Assembly: GCA_030704615.1 (NCBI GenBank)
Contig: CM060733.1
Span: forward strand, 64,976,001 to 65,040,000
Source: Takakia lepidozioides
Lineage: Eukaryota > Plantae > Bryophyta
DNA length: 64,000 bases
Direction: 5' to 3'
Positions 14,216-27,379 of this stretch are shown here, piece after piece; within the stretch, counting starts at the first letter, position 1, and the number at the start of each line of letters is the position of its first letter. Made by a program: the position numbers and the translations under genes. Below the pieces are notes generated by a model. That model was not told the origin of the DNA and ran no database searches. It was given only the letters and a program-made list of their open reading frames with translations.

Positions 14216-15788
14216 GTCCGGCCATTTTGGTCTCAACTACTTTACAAAAGTTAATAAGCCAATAGAATTGATTGCCTTTGCATCAATTAAAAAAAAGGGT
14301 GTACCAATTCTCATTGGCTCACTCATCGTAGATGTTGTGGAGAGAAGAGAACCCCCCCCCCACCCCCTATATATAGGTTTTTCGTAGGTTCTTTTCTACG
14401 TTATATTCTCGCATACTTTCCGATTCTGACAAAGGAAAAAAAAAAGGCGGGCTCATGGTGACTCCTTCCGACCGGAGCTTAATGAAGAGATGCAGAGGTT
14501 CACTTGGTAGAGATAGGTTGGCGGCAAAGTGTGGAGCCGACCAAAGTGCATGGTGGCAGGGTTACCATTAATAAAATGATGGCTGCAACTTGGTTAGAGA
14601 ACCCAGGTTAAAGAGGCGGAAGTGCCATTTTGCAATAGCATGGATAAGGAGTTAGTTGGTTGTTAAGGATGAAGAGATGATGATCTACCTGGGTTGAGCT
14701 TCATAAAGAGGGTGGTTGATTAAAAAAAAGTCTTTAATCGATTTTGAAAAATTGCCAGCCGAACAAGATCGAGAGATATTCGTGACTAGAAACCCCTTTA
14801 AGGTTACCAGTAGAACTTCGATTTGAACCAGTGTTGGGCGGGTAAATTGATTTCAATATACCCTCAGGGTCCGGGTTACCCCTTTTCAATAAATAAAATG
14901 GACCCTCCAGGTCCGGATTTCAAATTTGTGTGCACATACAAGAATAATGAGCCGGGTCAGGGTATGTCCGGGTATTCAAATAACATACCCAGGGCCAGGG
15001 TAAATTAAGGGTCCAGATAATAAGATGTATCCTACCCTTATCCGTCGGGTATAATAGGGTAAAATAAGGGTAGGGTATGTTGATGCTATGAGCATGTTCT
15101 AGCCACGACCGAAGGTCGGAAGCTAGTTTAGCGTAGAGCAGGAATAGGGTGCCATAGTGCCATGTCATCATTGCCACGTTTCGTCGCCACGTTTCGTCGT
15201 CAATTTTTTTAGACTCTGCCCGCCCGAAAATCACCAAAAAAAAACCCGGGAAAGATGCGCGCGGGGAAGGGAGGACGACGGGAGGATGATGCCCCCCCCG
15301 TGCTTGGCGCGGAGGCACGATGGTGGGACAATCGCAACCGCAATTGCAAGGTGTGGCTTTTTCTTAATGTACGATGTGAAGAAGTTTGTCGATCCTGCAA
15401 ATGTGGGCTCTTGGCTCCTGTTAGTACCATGATTTGGTATTCTTCCTGATGTTCACAAGGTTCTTGGGAGATTCAGCTTGGTCTTAGCTAGCATGCCGTG
15501 TTTCAATCTCTGCCCGCTCGGCTGCACCGTGGTGGTTCTCACAGACCAATCTGACATTATTTGACTACAGACATAAGCAGCTCCTTTTGGGTTGATGGTC
15601 AGTCAAATCCTCCATGGGTCATGCCACAATAGAGAGTGGGTCCAGATTCATCCAAGAGGGCCAGATCTCAAGCACAAGATTACGTATGATTCCCTGTGGA
15701 TCAACAACTACAAGAAACCTGCATGCGTAGATGGTCAACTAAAGGCAGCAGCTGTAGCGGCACAGTTGATAAAATCAGGTACCTCAAC

Positions 15789-16310
15789 ATGACCACAGCT
15801 TCTGGAAGAGGATCAAGAGAGGGATTCCACAATGCCTCTTCTGGCACTTCTGGGCATGTGAAGATGCTTTGTGAGGCAGGCAGACTGAAAGAGGCTCTAC
15901 AGATTTTAAACCAAGGAGGCATTTCAGCAGATTCAGATACGTATGTCTGTCTCTTGCATAAGTGCATCGAGATGAAAGGCTTGGAAGCTGGAAAGCAGGT
16001 GCACATTCACATTATCCAAAGTGGATTCACGCCAAATGTTTTTTTTATTCAACACCCTTGTCAACATGTATGTTAAGTGCGGGAGCATCATGGATGCTCA
16101 GCAAGTGTTCAACAGAATGCCTCAACCATCTTTGATCACGTGGAATATAATGTTGGCAAGATTTACCAAGCATGGGTGTGGTACGAATGCTTTGGAGACC
16201 TATGAGCAAATGATGCGCGAAGGGGTGAAGCCCAACCACATCACGTTCGTTTGTGTTTGCAATGCCTGGGAGCCCTGGAAAAGGGGAAAGAGGTCTATGA
16301 TGACATCGTC
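15789..16310 (+). pseudogene. Truncated PLS-class pentatricopeptide-repeat gene
   Basis: LCEAGRLKEAL, TYVCLLHKC…GKQVH.HI, NTLVNMYVKCGSIMDAQQVF.RM, TWNIML…ALETYEQMMREGVKPNHITF are typical L/S/P motifs. Frameshifts present; breaks off at 16310. Confidence 0.85.
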
Positions 16311-16687
16311 CCTGCAAATGTTGGCTCTTGGCTCCTGTTAGTACCATGGCTTGGTATTCGATGCTCTTGGAGTCGCAGCAAAACTGCGACGCTTTTGGCG
16401 GCGTAAGGCGCCCCTTGCCCCCCCCCCCCCCCCCCCCCCCCCCAAGACGCCCCACCCCCCAGAAAACCCCAAAGGCGTCCGTAAAAATGCGACGCTTTTG
16501 CAGCGCTTAGCGTCCCCCTGGGCGTCGCAGTAAAACTGCGGTATTTTTTTTAAAAAAAAACACACAAAGTAAGAACAAGCAACAAATCTTCCGTCCCTTG
16601 AATTAAAACAATATAAAACCCAACCCCAAATTTGAAAATTACATCGCAAAAGCAACGCAATTTTTTAAATTCATATCTCGCGATGGG

Positions 16688-17109
16688 TGATAATCATCCA
16701 TCACGTGCTAAAATCGATGAATATATGCCCATGTCCGTCGGACATGGGCAACATTCATCCCCTATCTATCTCTCTCTCCCCTTGTCGAGTGGCTTTTACT
16801 CACCTATCCCTTTGCTATCCTAGGTGGGAACTCCAAGATAGAAGAGTTGGATATCTCTAAGCACTCAGCCCGCTCAGAACAATCAGTCATGACCTACAGC
16901 TAGTGTATCATGGTTGTGCTTCATGTTTGTATTTCTTCTTGCTTTCATGTTAACAAATTACCTTGTGGTGTATACTTAAGCATCAGATTGCTTCAGTAAT
17001 CTTTCAGGTTCCATTCACTCATCCATTCATTCCACAGCTTCACTCAAGTCTCTTTACATAGTGTGTTTGTATCGAATAAGTATCGGATTAAGATTTATCA
17101 GGTATCAGG
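16688..17109 (+). mobile_element. Possible LTR (TGATAA…TTATCA, 16688-17100) with PBS-like GGTATCAG
   Basis: 6-bp terminal inverted repeat and an adjacent tRNA-Met-like PBS fragment; no partner LTR in the window. Confidence 0.35.
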
Positions 17110-17722
17110 CCGGTGCCATGGTGTCCCTAATCTGCTCTACAGTCTAAATTCTCTCTCCTAATTGGCTGTTGCCTCCTCGGGTAACCTCTAAATTCTTTCC
17201 CCATCAGTGGACATTCCCACCTGGAATGTCCACTAGGACAGCACAAGTGGCAAAGATCCCCCTTTGTTGTACGTGTAAAGGGTTCCGTTACCTGTTTCCT
17301 GGATGCATTAATGGGCCCACAATTAATTTTTACTGTTGTACTGGGTAGGTACTTCGATGGCCCATTTTGTCTTTTTGTATGATTACACCCGCTAACGTAG
17401 TACATACAAAGCGGAGTGCTTTGCCTCTTAGGCCACGTGTTTGAACTCCAACACTCTCCCGTCTCCCTCTGTCCGCGTGGCTTTTTCTCCGAGTTTGACT
17501 TCTAAACTTCTTTTACCGGGCACCTTTCTGTTGTTAACCCGCGTCCACCTGTCACTGACCCTATGGACTGTGCAGGGCAGTGACAGGCTGTGTCAAATTG
17601 TGACGAGCTGTGATAGGCTGTGTCACACTGTGGTGGCCTGTGATGACTGTGTGAACACCCGTGTTCTATGTTTAGGCCATACACATTCGACTTTACGACA
17701 AGTGCCTCATGCTCCGTTGGTA

Positions 17723-18247
17723 TTACCGGTGTAGTCCGTGACTGCTTCTGTGTTTCATATGCAAATCATGCTGCAATGGTTTATCATGGATACCACTGTA
17801 TCCCTTCAACTTATTGGCATTAACTCTTCCAAGCATATCTTTGTTAATGGTTTGTAACATGGCTGTGTTGTTATCATACATCTTCTGTATGACATAAGGT
17901 CCTTTCCATGGTGACTTAAGCTTAGAAGCTTTGATCTTTCCCTTCTTCTGCAACCACAGTACCAAATCGCCCGTCTTAAAAGTTTTCAATTTACCTTCAT
18001 CAAATTGATCCTTCCTCTTCATCTGAATTTTGGTCATGTTATCTGCTGCATCAGCACGTACTTCTTCCACATGATATAATTCATGTTTCCTGACTTCAAT
18101 TGAATCCTCCAATTCCATTCTCCTTCCCCATTTTGGTCTCATAGTAGGTAATAAGAATTCCACTGGGAGTAAAGCTTCCATACCATAAACTAATTGGAAT
18201 GGTGTATACTTAGTGGTGACTTTATATGAAGTCTTGTATGACCACAA
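17723..18247 (-). pseudogene. Integrase C-terminal part (GPY motif)
   Basis: Continues in frame from 24018 once the insertion and one TSD are removed (…LLTALWS|YKTSYKV…). Confidence 0.88.
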
Positions 18248-20099
18248 GAGGTTAGCTATTTCATGAGCATGAGCGGCATGAGCGGCATGAGCGGAGTAGC
18301 AAGACAATCGGTTTTCATGAGCAGAAGTACAAATTTTGAAAATAAAAAACATTATAAAACATTAAATTAATGCAATGTGTCAGAAAAAACAAATATATTA
18401 TTCGGCACCTTGAAGGGAAAATTGTAGTTTTGAGAGTTGTGCTCATGATATTTCGTCTTCCGCTCATGCCAATTCCCAGCGACATGTGCAAAAATGGCGC
18501 CGAATTTCGCGGTAATAGGGTCCGTAACCGGAAAAATCCGCAACGTATTTTGCGGTAATAGGTCTCTCTGGCGAAAAATGGTGCCGAATTCCGCGGCTAT
18601 CGTCCCCTCATGACAGGTATGTAAGCCCAAAATTTGGAAATGTGGCGCCGAATTTCGGTACATGGTGTGCCGGGGATTGCACAGATGTTGGGCAGTTCTG
18701 GGTCATGTAACTGGAAATTCGGCGCCATTTTTCCAGACATCATTCCCGTGCATGTTCGGACTTAGCCAGTTTTCGGCCCAAAATAGGGAAATTCGGCGCC
18801 ATTTTTCCAGACACATCCAGACCAGTGCATGTTGGGACTTAGCCAGTTTTCGGCCCAAAATAGAGAAATTCGGCGCCATTTTTTCAGAAATGGCCCCACA
18901 ACTACTTCTGTTGGATCTCAGTTTGAATGAAATATTGCCTCATTCCAGGAGTTTTGGGGTGCATTTCATTACACTGCAAAAAAAAGTCTGATACATGAAA
19001 ATGCAATTGAAAATATCCATATGGAGGATTCCCTTTGCCCCATCAATGATTTCTGGATTCCCTAAGGAGGAGTTTGTGCAGCTCGTTCACGCTCAACGCA
19101 TCGGATGTGGGCCTCTTCGAAGCAATGGCGTGTCCCGAAGGCCCTCTCGCAAGGCCGCCCGAGGAGGGAACTCAAAGAAGATATTACCGTCGACGTCTGC
19201 GGGAAGGCATGTAACCAATTTAATTGCAAACTTGCTGTAGTCCAGCCCGGCCAGCTCCGAGCGGTGTCCCTCCATGTGAAGCCCTCGCAGAATTTCAAGA
19301 ATGGATCGAATTGCGGTGCTCGTGCTGGGAATATGACTCCCTCGTCCACTGACGTCCATTGAGGACTTGCCTGATCTCCAGGACGATCTCGGAACTTCCA
19401 TGACCTCGTCTGAGTCGGACAGGTTGTGAACAACCCGGTTCTCGCTCGTCTTCATTGATGGGTTCGGCTCTGGATTTACTTCGTTGCGGACTTCTCTCTT
19501 TGAGGTACCCACACTCTGATTCGCGGATTGTTTCGTGGAAGGCGCCAGGATAGAAGGTGCATTTGGCGGGCAAATGAAGTCCCCAACAGCCCTGTATATG
19601 ACGTTGTCCGATGGTGGAACTCGTCATTCCCTACCATCGCCGAAATCATCGTGGAGCACAACAATACTCTCGACAACAACGCCGTTTGAGTCCTTCTTTT
19701 CCTCCTCCAAAAAAACCGACCCCGGTTTCAGGTGGTATCGAACACACAGATATTTCTCCATCACACGGCAGATGTCCCCTCTACACTGAAATGAAGCTCT
19801 ATGCTCGTGAGGAGGGCAGTACACTGTAGCGCTCGGGTTTTCCGCCATGGGAGATGTGCACACAAGACAGCCAGGATGGCGTGCCGGCAAGCTCCCTGGT
19901 AGAAGGGGGATGCAACGATGGGAAGGAATGCGGTGCCGATTTGTCCGTGCAACAAAGCCTGATCCAAATCCAGGGATCCAACTATCTCAAAAATCCACAG
20001 TCAGAGTGTTAATGAATCTTGTCTCCGGAATGCGGCCCCTGGTCTTTGCGCAATAACTGCCAACGGTATGCAGTCAGAAAGTGGGGGGCCGTCCGGATG

Positions 20100-21250
20100 A
20101 TGTCGGCTGAAGGGGAGAAGCCGACACCGGGCCGTCACATTACTACCCCTGGATGGAAATTCGACACCGAATATCCAACAGGGGCCGCCCGGTTGAAGTC
20201 GCCTCGGGCAGAGAGGCCGGCACCTGTCCGACAGAGAACATCCCCCGGATGGAAATTCAGAGCCGAATTTCTATCCAGGCCACCCAAAGGAAGTCCTGTC
20301 GGGGGGTCAGGCCGAAAACTGGCCGACATAAAAACCTCCCCGAATGGAAAAACAGCGCCGAATTTCCATCCGGGGCCGTTCGGATGCAGTCGGCTCGGGG
20401 GGAGAGGTCGGCACCTGGCTGTCACATTACAACCCCCGGACGGAAATTCAGCACCGAATATCCAACAGGGGACGCCCGGATGAAGTCACCTCGGGCAGAG
20501 AGGCCGGCACCTGTCCGACAGAGAGCATTCCCCGGATGAAAATTCGGCGCTGAATTTCCGTCCGGGCCCCCCCCAAAGGAAGTCCTGTCGGGGGGCAGGC
20601 CGAAAACTGGCCGACATAAAAACCTCCCCGAATGGAAAAACAGCGCCGAATTTCCATCCGGGGCCGTTCGGATGCAGTCGGCTCGGGGGGAGAGGTCGGC
20701 ACCTGGCTGTCACATTACAACCCCCGGACGGAAATTCAGCACCGAATATCCAACAGGGGACGCCCGGATGAAGTCGCCTCGGGCGGAGAGACCGGCACCT
20801 GTCCGACAGAGAGCATCTCCCGGATGGAAATTCGGCGCCGCATTTCCATCCGGGCCCCCACAAAGGAAGTCTTGTCGGGGGGTCAGGCCGAAAAGTGGCC
20901 GACATAAAAACCTCCCCGGATGGAAAAATGGCGCCGAATTTCCATCTGGGGCTGTTCGGATGCAGTCGGCTCGGGGGGAGAGGGCGGCACCTGGCCGTCA
21001 AATTACAACCCCCGGACGGAAATTCGGCACCGAATTTCCAATAGAGGACGCCCGGATGAAGTAGCTTCGGGCGGAGAGGCCGGCACCTGTCCGACAGAGA
21101 GCATCCTCCGAATGGAAACTCGGCGCCGAATTTTCCATCCGGGCCCCCCCCGAAGGAAGTCGTGTCAGGGGGTCTGGCTGAAAACAGGCCGACATAAAAA
21201 CCTCCCAGGATGGAAAAACGGCGCCGAATTTCCGTCCGGGGCCGTTCGGA
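20100..21250. repeat. Tandem array: ~96-bp monomers organised as a ~289-bp higher-order unit
   Basis: GGCCGACATAAAAACCTCCC recurs at ~20321, 20609, 20897 and 21187. A GGAAATTCGGCGCCGAATTTCC-like core occurs in each monomer. Confidence 0.9.
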
Positions 21251-21359
21251 TTTCCCCCTAGCAGTTGAGAATTCCCTGAAAAACGTGTCTAAAAGTGGAC
21301 TTCAGCCAAAAAACTAAAGGTTTAGTGTCTTTTTTGACCAAAAACCTAGCGGCCACGCT

Positions 21360-21985
21360 CAGAATTACCTGCAGGATGGTAATTTGGCGCCGGATTTCCG
21401 TCCATCCGGGCTCCAAATTACTTGCAGGATGAAAATTCGGCACCGGATTTCCATCCATCCGCTCTCCGAATTACCTGCATGACGGAAATTCTGCGCTCCG
21501 AGTTATCTGCAGGATGGAAATTCGGCGCCGGATTTCCATCCATCCGCCCTCCGAATTACCTGCCTGACGGAAATTCGGTGCTCCGAGTTACCTACAGGAT
21601 GGAAATTCGGCGCCGGATTTCCATCCATCCGCTCTTCGAATTACCTGCATGACGGAAATTTTGCGCGCCGACTTAGCTGGCGGATGGAAATCCGGCGCCG
21701 GATTTCCATCCATCCGCTCTTCAAATTACCTGCATGACGGAAATTTTGCGGGCCGACTTACCTGGAGGATGGAAATCCGTCGCCGGATTTCCATCCATCC
21801 GCGCTCCGAATTACCTGCATGACGGAAATTTTGTACCTGGCGGATGGAAATCATGCGCCGGATTTCCATCCATCTGCTCACAAGTAACCTGCATGACAGA
21901 AATTTGCAGCGCCGACTTACCTGGAGGATGGAAATTCGGTGCCGGATTTCCATCCATCCGCTCTTCGAATTACCTGCATGACTGG
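21360..21985. repeat. Tandem array built on the 30-bp near-palindrome GGATGGAAATTCGGCGCCGGATTTCCATCC
   Basis: Repeated palindrome alternating with GAATTACCTGCATGACGGAAATT. Confidence 0.85.
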
Positions 21986-22009
21986 AAAAATGGCGCGAAA
22001 TTTCCGATT

Positions 22010-23210
22010 TTGGTGCCAGTCAGATCTGGGACTTAGCCATTTTCGGCCCCGAACTGAAAAAATGGCGCCGGAAAAAAAAAAAAAAACAAAAAAAAAAACG
22101 CCATTTTTCCAGTTCGGGGCCGAAAACGGCTAAGTCCCAGATCTGACTGGCACCCAAATCGGAAATTCGGCGCCATTTTTCCAGTTCTGGGCCCAGTCAG
22201 ATCTGGGACTTAGCCATTTTCGGCCCCGAAAATGGCTAAGTTCCTACGGTGGCTGGAACCGCAACTGAAAATTCGGCACCATTTTTCCAGTTCCGTGCCC
22301 TATCAGATCTGGGACTTAGCCATTTTCGGCCCCAAACTGGAAAATGGCGCCATTTTTCCAGTTCAGGGCCCCGAAAATGGCTAAGTCCCTAGGGTGGCTG
22401 GAACCGCAACCGGAAATTCGGCGCCATTTTTCTAGTTCCGTGCCCAGTCAGTTCTGGGACTTAGCCATTTTCGGGCCCAACCTAGGAAAATGGTGCCGAA
22501 AATGGTTTACGAGCGCCATTTTTCCAGTTCCGGGCCCAGTCAGATCTGGGACTTAGCCGTTTTCGGCCCCGAAATGGAAAAATGGCTAAGTCCCTAGGGT
22601 GGCTGGAACCGCAACCGGAAATTCGGCGCCATTTTTCCAGTTCCGCGCCCTGTCAGATCTGGGACTTAGCCATTTTTGGCCCCGCACTGGAAAAATGACG
22701 CCATTTTTCCAGTTCAGGGCCCCGAAAATGGCTAAGTCCCTAGGGTGGCTGGAACCGCAACCGGAAATTCGGCGCCATTTTTCTAGTTCGTGCCCAGTCA
22801 GTTCTGGGACTTAGCCATTTTCGGGCCCAACCTAGGAAAATGGTGCCGAAAATGGTTACGAGCGCCATTTTTCCAGTTCCGGCCCAGTCAGATCTGGGAC
22901 TTAGCCGTTTTCGGCCCCGAAATGGAAAAATGGCTAAGTCCCTAGGGTGGCTGGAACCGCAACCGAAAATTCGGCGCCATTTTTCCAGTTCCGCGCCCTG
23001 TCAGATCTGGGACTTAGCCATTTTTGGCCCCGCACTGGAAAAATGACGCCATTTTTCCAGTTCAGGGCCCCGAAAATGGCTAAGTCCCTAGGGTGGCTGG
23101 AACCGCAACCGGAAATTCGGCGCCATTTTTCTAGTTCCGTGCCCAGTCAGTTCTGGGACTTAGCCATTTCGGGCCCAACCTAGGAAATGGTGCCGAAAAT
23201 GGTTTACGAG
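22010..23210. repeat. Tandem array (sub-units ~147 and ~203 bp, ~350-bp period)
   Basis: AAATGGCTAAGTCCCTAGGGTGGCTGGAACCGCAACC recurs at ~22375, 22579, 22726, 22928 and 23075. Related units at 18480-18900. Confidence 0.88.
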
Positions 23211-24017
23211 TGAGTGGTCGCATTGTAAGTTACCTCCTGATTTTGTGAGGCACCTCCCCTCGCTCTTTTATTTCATTGAAAGACCGTTTCTGCTTCTGCT
23301 GGTATTGACATTCTTCAAGTGGATTTGTTCTTACTGTAGGATGCCAAGTACTGTAGGAGGGACGTCCACACCGCAGTTCATGGGCAGGAGGAACGTGCAT
23401 TTTTTTGTCAGGGGGGATTTCATGCCTAGTCCAGAAAGGGACTACATCCTTCCTACTTATGTTGCCCGGCTTGCTTCGGTGTCCATTAGGAGGTGTTCCG
23501 AACCTAGTCATGTACAGCAGATTTTAGACGAGGCAAGCCTCAAGAAAATGAAGATGAGGGAGGAGGCTGCAGCTATTAAAGCCCGTCAGGCTCGTAGATT
23601 TGTCTTGGATTCAGCTGAGGAAAGTGGGGGAGAAGATGCAGAAGATTCCCAGGAGGTGAGGTGGACAGTCCCCCAAGAGGACGGAATTTTTGAGAGGCAT
23701 AGTGGAACTGATGCATCACAGAGCTCGGAGGATGAGGGGGATGAGGGGGATGAGGAAGAAGGTGGGGCAAGTTCCTCGGAGGGTGTAGGAGAGTAGTGCC
23801 CATTCCGGCTATGACAGTTAGAACACACTTGTATAGACGTGGCTTGCCACAAAATTTGCAATAAAATGTTGCATTTCAAGTCCACTGGTGCCACATTCCA
23901 ACTTCACATGACCCTATTTCCGTGCCTCCTAACCCTATTTCCGTGGACACACAATGGTCTGCTCATGTTTTTTTTTTTTCCGCTCATGCTCATGCCGCTC
24001 ATGAAATAGCAGCCCCC

Positions 24018-24710
24018 TGACCACAAAGCCGTCAGCAGCTTTGTATAACAATCCGTTCGGTTTGCATTGACTATCTTAGCCAAGATAGTACATAGTATTT
24101 TGATGGTGGCCTCTGCCTGCCCATTACCCTGTGGGTAATAGGTCGTACTCTTCCTGTGTATAATCATGAACTCTTTAGTCAATAATTCTATGGTCTCATT
24201 AATGAAGTGACTTCCCTGGTCACTGATAAATTCCAGGGGACAGCCAAATCTTGTAAGTATGTTTTCATACAGGAACCTTCCTATAGACTTAGCTGTGTTG
24301 TCCCTCAGAGCCTTAGCTTCCACCCACTTTGTAGTATAATCAGTGGCTGTGATTATATACTTGTTCTGTGTATTTCTGGCTGGTGGGTTTATTGGTCCAA
24401 CAAAGTCTAGTCCCCATTTCTGAAATGGTTCAGTAGGCATCGTCGGATGCAAGGCCATCTTTCCAGATCTTTGCAATGGTCCTAGCCTCTGACACTCATG
24501 ACAACTCTTGCAATACTTATGCACATCTTTGAACAGAGTAGGCCACCAGTAACCTGCAAGTAGTATTTTTCTGCTGGTAGTCTCCTCTCCAAAATGACCT
24601 CCAACCACTTCTTTATGAACTTCTTCCAAAACTTTATTTACTTCATGGTGATACAAGCATCGTTTAAGAACTCCATCAGGTCCTAGCTTATACAATCTGC
24701 CACCTATCAT
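24018..24710 (-). pseudogene. Integrase zinc-binding and catalytic core
   Basis: HKEVVGGH…CHEC, D (LDFVG), D (SDQG), E (QAE). Confidence 0.9.
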
Positions 24711-24735
24711 AGTGTAAGGTAAGCCTTGATGCTAT

Positions 24736-25944
24736 CTATTCTCTCTGTTCCTTCCCATAACTGGGTGGGCACTGACCATGAGTAAGGTAGTATCTGCTTG
24801 GCCACTGCCAATCTAACCAATCATCTGCACTTCTCTGTACCTCCACAACAAATAAACTCGCATCAGGTAGTTGGTCATCCACTCCCGTGGCGGGCTCTCC
24901 TGTTGATAGGCGTGACAAGTGATCTACCACAAGATGCAAACGGCCAGGCTTGTAAACAACTTCGAATTCAAACTCGTGCAAGATTATTAACCATCTTGCT
25001 ATCCTGCCACTTATCAAAGGCTTGTTCACCAAATAAATCAAAGCCTGATGATCCACATAAAACATAAACTTCCTTCCCAATAGGTAATGCCTGAATTTCT
25101 TGACTGCATAAATCATTGCCAATGCTTCTCTTTCAGTGGTGTTATAGTTCCTTTCAGCACAGTTCAACAACTTGCTAGCATAATACACAGGTGAATCTAT
25201 GTTTCCTATGATATTTTGGGCTAACACAGTTCCCAATGCTTCTCCTGAGGCATCACAATGTACATGAAATACTACATGCCAGTGTGGGTTAATCAGCACA
25301 GGTGTAGTTGTTACTGACAATGTAAGTTCCTCAAAAGCCTGTTGACATTCAACTGTCCATGTAAACACTACATCCTTTTTCAAAAGCTTGCTCAATGGAG
25401 CTGCCATCTGTGCATACCGTTTGACAAACCTTCTATAATAACTGGTTTGCCCAAGGAATCTCCTTAGACTTTTAACATTTCCTGGTGGTGGAGATGCTTT
25501 AATGGCCTCCGTCTTTCTGGGATCCACAAGTAGTCCCCTCTTACACACAATGTGTCCTAGAAGTACCCCTGAATTCACACAGAAAGTACATTTTTCTGCA
25601 TTCAACCCAAGACCTCTCATCCTGAATCCGGCCAAGCATAATTCCAACTTCTGCAAGTGCTCATTCTTAGAACTATACACACTGAAGTCATCTAAGAACA
25701 CTTGCATGAAATCATCCAGATACTCATGGAAGGATTCACTTATCACTCTCTGAAAAGTTGCTGGTGCATTACAGAGTCCAAAAGGCATGACTTTGTATGC
25801 ATAAGCACCCCAGTCTGTGATGAAAGTTGTCTTTCCCTGGTCTTCTTCTGCCACTTGCACTTGGTTATACCCACTGAAGCCATCCATGAATGAGTACATC
25901 TCATGGCCTGCCACAGTGTCTAGTACAGCTTCTGTGAATGGCAA
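24736..25944 (-). pseudogene. Reverse transcriptase plus RNase H
   Basis: 402-aa ORF with gypsy RT and RNase H motifs. Confidence 0.92.
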
Positions 25945-27379
25945 AGGAAATGGATCTTTCTTTGTACAAGCATTCAGTATACAACTTGGTTGTCACCCAT
26001 TGTGATGGTTCCCAAGAAGAATGGCAAATTGAGAGTTTGTGTGAACTATAATTGGGTATATGAACTTAGCCTTAGCCAACTTCTTGATCTCTTCCCCAAC
26101 CTTTTGTGCATAGTTAGGATTCATCCTGTACCTTGCCTGTTTGATTGGCATTGACCCAGGTTCCAATTCAATCTTATGCTAGCAAATCTCAGGTGGTATC
26201 CCTTTCAGATCCTCATAGCTCCAAGCAAATACATCTCTGATGAATAGGCTCTTAGCTTCCTCAAAGAATTCTGGCTCCAAATCAGCCCCTACTTTCAACA
26301 TTCTTGGTTCCTCCTCAGTTCCCACATTCACGTCTCTCACCTGCTCTTCAGCTGTGATTGTCCATCCAGCCACTACTTCATCCTGTAAACTCACAGTGGC
26401 TAGCTGGTTCTTCTAGGATTTCCATTTCGCCCTCTTTTTCCTCATAGAAATGCGGTGGGTAACTACTTGTTTCCCCCTCAATTGGTGTTGCTATTACTGC
26501 ACCACAACAGATACCCTTAAAACAACTCAGGCCTCCCAGATGCATTTCTGCAACCTGCTCCCACTCTGGGTATGCAGCAAACAGGGTAGCTTCCTGCTCT
26601 TGCCACAGCATTCTCTGTGGTCTTCCCTCTTGTGGCAAGGACCACCATACATCCACCATCATCCGGGAGCAGCCCCGCCAGCCCAAACCCGGCTCTCCAG
26701 TAGTCCTCAGTAAACCTGTTCTAGGTGGGCACACCATCCAGGCCCTCCAGCAACTCCCAGGAGGGGCCCCAAGGGAGTGACTCCGACGACGACTTTGTGC
26801 AAGGTCCTGCAACTGCTGCTGCTGCTACCAAGTCACCGGTCGTCCGGGTTCCCAAGTCAGTTCGGACAGGGACTGGCTCTGCCAAGAAGTTGGCATTTGA
26901 GGGCAAGCCTACACGGCGGTATTCGGCGGTGACGTTTCCGCATAGGCCAAAGCTAGAACCCCCAACCATCATCCAATGCGTCAATGAGAGCTTCCTTGAC
27001 GCTCTGGCTGCCAGGGCGAAGAAGGTGGCACACAACAAGTCTCTGGAGGAGCTGAAGGGGAAAGCCAAGAAGAGGGTTGCCGCTACAGAGCCTAAAGACA
27101 CCCCTGGTTTGGAAGCCATGATGGAATTCTTCACGGCTGTGAGGCCTCCTCTGGTGCCCCGGCGGTTTTCTGTTTTTTGGGGATTACTGTACTCCCCTGT
27201 TTCCGTGTCCTTTTCTTTTGTCCTTTATTCTTCTCATTCAATTTCTCCTGAATACCTGCCTGAGCAAGCTCCGCCGCTTTCTTGGACTTGGCAAGCGCTT
27301 TCGCCTCCTTTGAACCCAGCGGAGCCCGGTTTCGTCGGGCCTCCGCATCCAGCTTCAATTGAAACTCGGATGAGTCGAG

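Larger units (their letters stand above)
18248..24017. mobile_element. Non-autonomous Mutator-like (MULE) DNA transposon, 5.77 kb
   Basis: 9-bp TSD TGACCACAA at 18239-18247 and 24018-24026. Imperfect TIRs GAGGTTAGCTATTTCATGAGC / GCTCATGAAATAGCAGCCCCC with subterminal CATGAGCGG repeats. No recognisable DDE core seen. Confidence 0.8.
17723..26400 (-). mobile_element. Ty3/gypsy non-chromovirus (Athila/Tat-like) pol remnant, RT-RNaseH-integrase, interrupted by a Mutator-like insertion
   Basis: DVFAWSYEDLKGI; RT YSFMDGFSGYNQV…MPFGLCNAPATFQR…FLDD; RNase H CDAS…EREALA…DH; integrase H-H-C-C, WGLDFVGP, SDQG, NGQAE; C-terminal YKVTTKYTPFQLVYG…WKGPY. Confidence 0.9.

Noticed and set aside
20100-23210. 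Palindromic repeats resembling a CRISPR array, plus many overlapping ORFs
   Set aside because: The intervening sequences repeat too (no unique spacers), there are no cas genes and the context is eukaryotic. The ORFs are by-products of the tandem repeats.
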